Origin: Auanema rhodensis
Taxonomy: Eukaryota > Animalia > Nematoda
DNA length: 64,000 bases
Reading direction: 5' to 3'
NCBI GenBank assembly: GCA_964057225.1
Contig: OZ059895.1
Location: forward strand, 6,324,001 to 6,388,000
Below are positions 54,401 to 64,000 of the stretch, piece by piece. How positions within the stretch are numbered: position 1 is the stretch's first letter; each line of letters starts with the position of its first letter. Position numbers and translations under genes: made by a program. Under the pieces are notes generated by a model that saw nothing but the letters and a program-made list of their open reading frames with translations, was not told the origin of the DNA and ran no database searches.

Positions 54401-55440
54401 AACAGAGACTTAAAACGTGGGATGTTCAGAAACACGGAAATTCACAAAGAAGTAATATAATCATTGAGCTTACAGTTCGTTAGCTGACTTGCATCCTTCA
54501 GCATTTCACGATAAGAATCGCGTGTTGACGTGAATTCTGAGAACATCTTCACATTCCATATGATATCCTTCTCCTTTTGTACCAAATTTTTGATTGTTGA
54601 CAAGGAAAAATAGCATTCACTACGCCCGACGCCACCACCATGTACTGCTTCATCGTTAAATAGAAAATAGAAGTGATGCCAGCCGAAAGTTCTCGTAATT
54701 TCGCGAACTAAATAGCCTAGCGTTCGATAACTGCCCATCATACGGGTGAGCAATGGAAAATTCTTTCGATCCCCTAACTCATCAACCAAGGCTGTTGTCG
54801 TGAAGACAGGCACGCCGCCGTACCAGAACGTTGACATCCGAGCTACAGGAGCCAGTGCATACACGTAAGCTATACCCATAACTGCATCGACAGAACGATT
54901 ACAGTAATGATCGACAACGCGTTGCGGTCCAACGGAATCGGACAGCTCCGTGTTCTCATACGTAACACGCAGAGCACCTTTAGGCAGAAGACCGTGACGT
55001 TGTGTTACATCTTCAATAGCTACATCAAATACAGGCTGACTTTTGGCTATAGTTAACAGGAATGGGTTGCGAGCCTTGGAGCCTTCATCGACAGGCAAGC
55101 CAACAACGATATCCAAAGGAAATCGAGGAGAGATGTAGTAATCAAAGGAATTAGCATCAACGAGTGGCACATACAGAAGGAGTATAAGAAATAGTGTGGG
55201 TAAGGCCAGCGTGGATGCCCTGGAAGGTGAGCGAGACCCGGCAACTGAGCTGAACCACTGAAGTATCGAAGGAGAAGCTAAGCGTCGAACGCCGTGATGA
55301 CGTCGAGAAAAGAATGCAAATGGAACTAAAAGATGAATAACGAGATATAGAAGGAATAGGAATAGTAGCAAAGATAGCAGGTGAATTAGGTGAGCCAGTG
55401 AAAAGAGGAATACAGTGAAATCGTCTAGACAATAGGTCAT
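39375..55440 (-). CDS. gcy-28: Receptor-type guanylyl cyclase (ANF-receptor ectodomain, TM, kinase-homology, cyclase), GCY-28 type
   Basis: Ectodomain exon 54474-55440, TM exon ~45402-45485, [39 protein letters not shown] insert, [76 protein letters not shown]. The start codon is uncertain. Confidence 0.93.
47657..47698. repeat. (CT)n microsatellite
   Basis: Perfect CT run in a gcy-28 intron. Confidence 0.95.
49005..49107. repeat. Compound (GATA)n/(GA)n microsatellite
   Basis: GATA units grading into a GA run. Confidence 0.9.
51427..51480. repeat. (GA)n microsatellite
   Basis: GA run in the large gcy-28 intron. Confidence 0.9.
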
Positions 55441-56292
55441 GACTTCTGAGCCATTGTCGGCCTGTTGTGGCTCCTGATGGGCCACGAAGCTCAGAGCAGC
55501 AACAGAGAGAGAGCAGTAACTGCAGCCGCAGCAGAAGCAGAGAATAGGATTTTGGGAGGCGGAGGAAAGAAGGAAAGAAGGAAAGAGAGAGATAGGGGAG
55601 GGGTAGCAAAGCGAAACGAATGCTTGGAGGAGCAAGAGGAGAAGAGTAGAAGAGTGATTACGCTAGAGTAGGAGAGAGGTAGAGAAAGAAAGAGGGAGAG
55701 AAGGCTTGCTTCAGCGGCCCTACTCGTCAACCACCAGCAGTCAGCCACGCCTCTTCGGTCTTCTCGTAGTTGTCATTCTAGTTGCCAGAGTTGTTCGTTC
55801 TTGAGCGGAAGTCACAAGTTAGTATTGTTCTCAGAGATTGATCGCTAGCATAACCCTAAATCGAAAACAGGCTGTCCAAGTAATCGGATGCAAGATTAGG
55901 TTGGAAACGATGCTAGTCGAAGTAAAGCTTAAAGTCTGAGCATGAAATATATCAAAAAAGCTCTGTTTGAAGAGGATAGATATAAACTGCTGAGAGTGAA
56001 TTTCAAATAATTGTGAGATATAGCATTAGAAATATGGATAATAACATCAAATAATAGTTCATCAGGAAAATATATGTCATTGATCAGTTAATACTCATTT
56101 CAAAAGCTGCATCGAGGGATTTAACATCTTCATCAGCTAAGATGAATATATGAAATCGATGAAGATTATGAATTTTTTTATTCAAAATGAATGTGATTGG
56201 AGGTTTTTCATATGTTTAAATCAACCAAAATCTATACACAACTGCTTGTATTGAAGAAGCTTTCGCTTTACTCAACCCTTAGCTTTAGTTGT

Positions 56293-56460
56293 CATCATCA
56301 TCATCATCATCATCATCATCACGTCGTCATCATCCTCATCATCATCATGAACACTAGCAGTAGTAATGCTAGTAACAGTAGAAAATTCAAAATGATTGAA
56401 TATATAGAATAGTCCTTACTCTACATCATCATCATCATCATCATCACCATCATCATCATC
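56293..56460. repeat. Two (CAT)n trinucleotide tracts
   Basis: CAT runs at ~56293-56347 and ~56424-56460. Confidence 0.9.
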
Positions 56461-59400
56461 CTTCATATTTTTCATTATTTTGTGTTATTTTAATTTTAAA
56501 TTTTACGAATAGTTAAGATATATTATATCAAATAACTAAATTATTTCATATAATTCAATCAATTGAGTTGTCTCTTAAGGTTTCTTCGTCTACCCCTTTA
56601 TTCATTCTTTCCTTCCTTATTTATTTGCCAATTTTCCATTTTCAGTAGAATATTTTCCAAAGTTTCAATAGGAAATTCCTTCTCAATATGTTTCAAATTT
56701 TCGAGAAGCGATTAGAAAATGCTTTAACATTGACATAATAAGTTGTAAAATGCCTTATTGAGCTTAAAGCTCATCATTAATACTGGCTATACTATACATA
56801 ATAATTATAAATATTGTAATAATCTATTTTATAAATTTCAATTACTGTAAATATTATTATTAAATGCTTTGTTATTACTAAAGCTTATAACAACAATTCA
56901 AATAATAAAAAAAGGATGAATGTTCTCATTTTTTTGGGTAAAAACTAATGAAAGAGTAAGCAATATTTACTAATTTGACCGTCAAAAAAGAGAAAAAATT
57001 ATCTGAGATGTGCTATCACAAAACAAATGTCCAGTATTTGTTCTTTTTTTTGTCACCAAAATTCAACCGAAATTTGTTTTTAATTAGAACTTTGGAAAAA
57101 AAACCGAAAAAGTTCGGCTTTTTTAGAAAAAACATAAGCAGAAGGATGAATAAATAGTTAGAGGAACATGTGAACTACCTACTGTCACTTTCAGCTTTCA
57201 GTTTCAGCTTCGTGGGTGAAAAACTGAAATTTAGGAAAAACACAAATAGTTTAGTAAGGAGTCTGAATGTTTGATTTCTGGTATATGCATGACCGGATCA
57301 TTTAACCCATAACTTGTAGTATGAGTATGGATGTCTCAAGGTTAGTGGTTTGTAAGCAATCTCTCCGGAATACGTCGTCATCTTCACATTCAAAACAACA
57401 ACTTTAGTTACATAAGATATGTATTATATATATATATTTCTCTATACGGAAAGCAAGTTGACGCCGCCTGGATAGCCTGGCAGCCATCCAAGTAGAAAAA
57501 CGGGGCACAAAGGACGAGATTATTAGATTAGCACGAGACAGAAGATGCTTCAACGAAAAGGAATAGTTAAAGTTGAAGAAGACGAAGAAGAAGAAGATGC
57601 CGAGGTTGAAACCGAAGATGAAACAGAATGATATTGAAACTAAATGAATAGGGAGAGAGATTTAGAGACAAAAGTGATGGCTACAATGGCATCAGAAACA
57701 GAAAAACGCTAAATCGTTGTCGTCAATGCAAAACGAAAGATATAACCAAGATTCCTCTAACGAAAAATTAACGAACTGATTCCAAAAAGAATTAAAGAAC
57801 TTATTGGGAAGAACTGCTGTTGAGGGGGTTTTCGAACGAGTAACTAAGCTTCTCGTCTAGCGTCATTGTTTTTCTTTGTTTTCATCTTAGTATCTACTCC
57901 ATCAGATTTTATTGCTTTTCATTTATTTTTCTCATCCATCCATCCTTTTAAGCATATCGCTAAATAAATCCTGAGAAAAACTTTGATGATGATAGAAAAG
58001 TAGAGAAGAAGAAGTAGGACAAATTCAAAATGAATGTAGTATTCACCCTCACAACTTTATATGTTTCTTCACTCCTCTCTCTCTTTCTCTCTCTTTCTTT
58101 TACTCCACGCAGTAGCACGAAGAAATTAAGCATGACAGCTAAAGATGCAGCTAAGAGTTTCCGCTCACTGCAGTAGTTCTTCCTGTCCGAATCGTTCTTT
58201 CCTTATAAGGAAAGTGAGGACAATTGAATTGTGATTCTCTCTTTCTCCAATTTGCGAGCTTGACGATATCGAAATAGAGCAAGCAGGGCACAATGAAAGG
58301 AAAAGGAACATGAGGATAAAGATAATGATGAACATTATAGACAAGATGTCTTCAATATGAAGTCATGTGCATCAACATCACTTGTTGCTCTGTTTTACCT
58401 GCTATTCGTCATTTTCTTGTTTTTCCATTAACCGTTTTGAATTTTCAATCAAAAAACATAGAATAATGACCTTTTAGCCGAGCGAAGTTCCGAAGCCATC
58501 CATTTGATGTCTTAACTCAAAGTAAGATAGGAAACTCATAAGCTGTTTTCATTTCCTTTCCAGCCTTTTTCATTTATACTTACTTTATATGAAACATCTG
58601 AATCTGATAGATAGCCAGATAAATAGATACAGACTGCTTCATAACAAATCATTTTATGACAGAAAATATAACTTTTGAATCAAATTTTTCTTTCAATCAA
58701 GTGCTCGTCTGTACACGTTGCGGACAGTGTTGATGCCACACAACTCGAGCAAGAGCATGAAAACGAGGAAGGGAATATGAATAAGGAAGAAAAGAATAAG
58801 TAAAAGAGGGTGAAAGAGGGTAGAAAAGAGAAAAGATAAATATATAAAGAGAAAGGAAGTGTAGAAGAGCAACGGAAAAAAATTGTGTTGCGACGACACA
58901 CAATAGAGCCCCCAAGAGAATAACGCAATAGTGGCAATGCCAATTCACAAGGGTAATCCATGAATCGAAATTATGTACTAGGATCGTCCTTTTTCCTTTT
59001 TTTCCTCAAGGAAACTCTTATAACTTTCTTATAGATAAATAGAAAGAGTGCAGGGAAGACAAGACCAAATTATAAGTTAAATGATTGCTTTATGAAGTGG
59101 CTTTTTCATGTGTAAGTTATACCAAAATAGGGTAAAAAGCTAGCGCAAGCAGCAAATAATCTCATGCTGCTGTTAGTAGCGTTGTGACTGCTCGTGTTTC
59201 TTCATTTATCTTCCGGAATTGAAAACAAAATTCGGAGGTCAATTGAGTTTTTCTTGGAAAGAAAAACAAGTCACTGGGTACCGATGGTTTTTGGTGGCAA
59301 AGCAAAAGCTAGCAACTTGCACGGCAGATTTCTCTACAACACGGCCGCCTTGAATATAATTCAAGATTGTGAAACAAAATAGGAAGGGACTGAAAAAGCC

Positions 59401-61181
59401 ATGTATGGTAGCTCTCTCTCTCTATCTTCCCTATTCTAGTACTGTGTTGTAGACAATTTTCAAGCAAATAGAGAAATACTCAAAACTTGGATTACACAGA
59501 AAATATAATTTTTACTTTACTCTTCGCTAATAAAATCAAAGACAAACACTTTCAAGAGTATTGCCAGAAGCTTTATATGTCAGCCTTAAAGCCGTTTAAC
59601 GTTATTCGTACTTACATCTATCGTCACAAACTTCATCATCACCTCATATAATTGCTTTAAGTCAAAGCATTTTCTTGTGACAACGTTGATCGAAAAGTCA
59701 AAGTTTTAAAAGAAAAGATGTTTTATAGAAGAAAACTAGTAGCAATGTCTTTCTCTTTTCTTTGAATAAATTCTATTTGGAGCATTACAAAGAATTTTCC
59801 ATTTTAAGGGAACATATAAGCATATACATCTTTAGCTTTTCTAACTTTTGTTGATTTGGCTTTCATTTGTCAACATTCAAGTCTATTTAATCATCCAAAT
59901 ACACACAATCTTCATATTGAAACAAATGCATTAAAGACAGAAATAGAAGAGTACAAAGCTTTATGCTTGATATTGTGAACATCCATTTGAAAGATAACTC
60001 CAAAATCGACAAAAACTCGACTGCATTTCCGGCAAAAAAAAAAAGAAAAAAATGATGAATATATCTAACATCTCAAAGTTTAATGTTAGAAAATGCTTAG
60101 CAAGATAAGGAAAAACTGTGAATGTCTAAATCTCAAAGACCACATGTTTTTGTAAAAAAATTTTGTTTTTTTCCATCCGGATCATTGAGAACAATTTTTA
60201 AAAAAAAAATTGTATTTCTCGTCATTTGATGAATATGATGAAGATAATTATATTTTACTAAGCGATGCTTGACTCCATCTTCATAAGTGAGCAAAAAAAA
60301 ATGAGAGCAGCATGTACATGCTTGAGCGTGAGCCAAGTTCAGAGAAGAGAGGGAGAGAGGGAGAGAAAGTAGTAGTAGTAGTAGAATTACAAAGAGAAAA
60401 AAGTAAATGAAAGTTATAAAGAATAATAATTATTGGCTTTTGTTATAACTATCATGAAAAATGGAAAAAAAATTATATCTATTTGTATTATATAGGCTAA
60501 TATGTGTATTATGGTAAATTAATTATTTGTTCTTTATATAATATTTTCCTTTTTTTTTCTTTAAAGAATTAATTATTATTATAATTAATTAATTTATAAT
60601 AAATTCTTATAAAATCTTTTTCTTTTTATATTATTTCCCTCTCTTCTTTTAGTACTTTCTTCATCCCTCTTATCAATACCCTACAATGAATGCCTATCAC
60701 GGATGCGAGAAAACGTCAAAAAAAACAGAACATCCCAAAGAGAGAAAGAAAGAAAGAAAGAGAGTCAGAGGTTGAAGAGAGGCAGGATACCAGAGGCTTT
60801 TGACAGCTTGTTTCTTATCAGAGTAGCTAAGGTATCTAACATGTATATACACTTACAGTTAATCTTTGCAATTTCTTTTTTTATCTCCAATATTGCCCCC
60901 CTCTTTCTTGTTCACTGTATTCGTCTTCTTCTTTTAGGATGTTTATCGTTTTCCCTATATTCTTCACTCTTTTTCTGTATCTTTTGCAAAGACCGGAAGA
61001 CAACTAGACCAAGAGATGATGCTACGAGGGAAAAGGGAAAAAGAAAACGTAAAAACGAGGTAACCAAAGAGATAGAGAGAAGAAGAAACTGTAAAATAGG
61101 TGCGAAGTTCAGAACAATACGTGTTTCAAGTTGGCTGCTAATGTTATATTGCTCAGGAATCAGTAACCATTAGAAAGAAAT

Positions 61182-61182
<1 letters not shown>

Positions 61183-61268
<86 letters not shown>
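61183..61268. repeat. (GA)n microsatellite
   Basis: Two adjacent GA runs separated by a short AT interruption. Confidence 0.95.
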
Positions 61269-61271
<3 letters not shown>

Positions 61272-63822
61272 TTCGGACATGAAGAAATTAGAAAAACACA
61301 TTTTGAAAAATCAATGAAGTTTGCAAACTTTCTTTCTCTCTCTATCTCTCTCTCTCTGTGTTTTTATGTAATCTTTGCAAAAAGACCATGAAACTTCTTT
61401 AGTGTTTATATTGGCTTTATCATAGAGGTTTTACGTTAAGGAAATTTTTTTTTCATAGTTTCTCTTTGTTGTTTGCCGTCACCAGTACATATCTGACGTA
61501 TTTAGCAATATGCTACAACGTGTATGTATTTGGAGACCCAACAATCCATTCCAATCGTACAGTATTAAGCAGCATCCAACTCAATATATTGAATTAGAAG
61601 ATAAAGTGAGAAGAAGAAACAGCAGGAACAGCAGGAACAGCAGGAGTAGCAAGAGTAGCAGCAGAAGCAGCCAGATCAGTGGCAAAAGTGATGTGAGAAG
61701 AGCAAAAAATCATTTTTTTTACAAAAAAAAAGGAACTTTCCCCTCATTCAATGCTTATCTCGTTATCAGTATTTGCTACATCTTGTCTTTTGTTTAATTC
61801 AAGTGTAATCTTCGTACAGCACAATGTGATCAGCAAACATTCTGTTTGGAATCTCTTCATTTTATCTACTATTTTCATTATAAAATCACTAAACTCAAGT
61901 AAAAAGAGTTATCTCTTCCTATCTTAAGAAATATGATATGATGGTCATGATATTATGCATGAATAAGGGTATTAAGATCTCTATCTGATTATTTGCATTT
62001 AAAAAATTAATAATAAAGAATATTATATGAAGAACATATAGTTGATAAATCAAAAACGTTATGATGATTCATCTATTGTCTCATACAATCATCTTAACAA
62101 CTATAGATTTTATAAATGTTATAACATTTTATATGACAACCTGACTATAATATGTCAAATATGTAAATAAATGGATAACCTATGCAATAAACTTTTTCGA
62201 ATTATTTATGTGAAATTTCAAGTTTTTAGATGAAAAAATAAGGTTTGTTATGCGTGATCATTACAAAGTGGTTATCGGTATAAGTATGTGTAGTTCTTCA
62301 AATTATATATTTAATCCTTAATATCTATCTTTCATTAAAATTTGTTTTCAACTCTTCTTTCATGATACTACTGGTCTATAGTTTCGGAATTAACTATCAG
62401 TTTATATAGGATGAGATCAAGTTTGACTCTTTCTCAACAACTAACCCCTAACTTCTACTCTCTTTCATCATTCTGAATTCTAAAACAGATGATAATGATA
62501 CGAGCACGTTTAATTTTTTTATAATCGTTCTACATATCGTCATTGCTAAAACACAAAAGCCTTCTCTATTCATTTCTAATGAAACTGCTTAAATTGATGT
62601 TGTAGTTTGCAGCCAAAAAAAAGGAAGAGTAGAAGAAAAAGTTTGGATATTTCTGTTCAAATGCAGCAGAATGTGTTTGTCTACATCAACAACGATAAGG
62701 TTTCCTTCCTTTTCGATACATTTGTAATTTAAATTTTTGGCTTGTTTCTGTACTTCAACCTACACCTATTCAGTAAGTACAGATATGGTTGGTTTGCAAC
62801 CTAACTGAAGGTAGTGAAGAGGAAAAGGGTGAAACGAATAAAAGCTACTTCGACTGCTTTGAAAGAAACATATAACAAACGAATAAAAAGCCATGAAATC
62901 ATACCATTTCTCATTTTCAATAAAATAATTGAAAGAAATCATCGAAGATTCTATGGAAATGTTCATACATTCGTCCCCCCTTCACCCCTTCTATGGGTTT
63001 CACTGGTTAAGACAATAGATGTAGATAAAGTTACAACGTAAAGTCATAAGCATTATATGTTTTCCACTCTCTCTCCCTACAAACTTATTGTTTAATTAAC
63101 ATATATATTACTGTAATTAGTAGAAAAACTTCAATTTAAAATTGATTAATACATGGATGGACAGGCCATTCTTTGTATATAAAAGTTGTGAAACAGATGA
63201 GCAGATGTGAAAAAAAAATTGGATCAACTAACAATGAATGAATATTGATCAGATATTGAAAATACAGAAAAACAATTGCATAATTGTGTTTCTGATAGTA
63301 GAAATTGAGCTGACCCCTTCATTACTATGAAGCTCAATGAGCAATTTTCGGAGCTTTTTTTTGCTGCTTCTTCAACCAAGAAAAACAAACTAAATTTGAA
63401 CTTGAGACTGATTTTTGACTCTTGTCTCATATACACCTCAGAAAACATAGAAATGAAAAAGAATTGCTACTCCATATTGTGGCTATTTACACTTTTAATT
63501 TTCTTAAATTAAATAGTACAATGTATTAGTTTTATGCTTCAAATAACTAATGACAATGAGAAATATGGAAAAAGAGAAAGAATATTCTAGAAAAGAAATC
63601 AATAAGAGAATAGTAACTAATTACTTTGAATTAGGGAAAAATATGTAAATTCTTTTTGTAATTTTTATAAATTTCTATGAATTCTTCAGGTTAGCAATAA
63701 CATGCACCCCTTTCGTCTATTGTCAGGCATAAATTTCTGATAAACTTTTTTACAATCTGTATATCATGATGAGAAGGAAATTAACACCAAACGACATACT
63801 GCGAGAACACAGAGGCAAAAGG

Positions 63823-63845
63823 GGAGAGAGAGAGAGAGAGAGAGA
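63823..63845. repeat. (GA)n microsatellite
   Basis: GA run. Confidence 0.9.
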
Positions 63846-64000
63846 TAATAGATTGTCTTAACTTGAACTTTATTGTCCTTTGAGCATTAACTGCAATCCC
63901 CAGAGTGGGGCCATCAGAATTATTTCATGATTCAAATTCATAATATCATGATACTAATTCGTATCTCTTTTCGATATCGTAAGTCAAACTATAGCCATAT

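Noticed and set aside
55441-55635. Non-AUG N-terminal extension of gcy-28 suggested by the 397-aa ORF
   Set aside because: CT-rich sequence is naturally poor in stop codons, and an in-frame TAG lies just upstream; no positive evidence.
60703-61797. ORFs of 156 and 95 aa and a poly-Leu frame on the minus strand
   Set aside because: Low-complexity, repeat-derived, with no splice structure or recognisable domain.

Overview
AT-rich nematode genomic DNA, probably a rhabditid (clade V) species other than C. elegans, with very short introns (mostly ~40-50 nt), TTTCAG-like trans-splice acceptors just before start codons, and operon-like gene spacing. The first 20 kb are gene-dense. On the minus strand lie HADHA (partial), cornichon (cni-1) and a multi-THAP gene (him-17-like). 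On the plus strand lies an ALC1/CHD1L-family locus. A minus-strand cluster then runs mek-2 > nduf-5 > DET1 > RERG/RASL-like GTPase > small basic protein. Further on are a His-rich secreted protein, rab-10, a MAM-domain gene whose first intron holds an antisense nested LEM-3/ANKLE1-type GIY-YIG gene and a MITE, tRNA-Asp, and a 16-kb receptor guanylyl cyclase (gcy-28) in microsatellite-rich non-coding DNA. The main finding is that ALC1 appears split in its linker into two adjacent, operon-spaced genes: a Snf2 ATPase with its own stop and AATAAA, and a separately initiated Macro-acidic-BRCT protein that lacks the basic residues used for autoinhibition in human ALC1. All gene models were assembled by eye and homologies recognised from memory; no searches were run.
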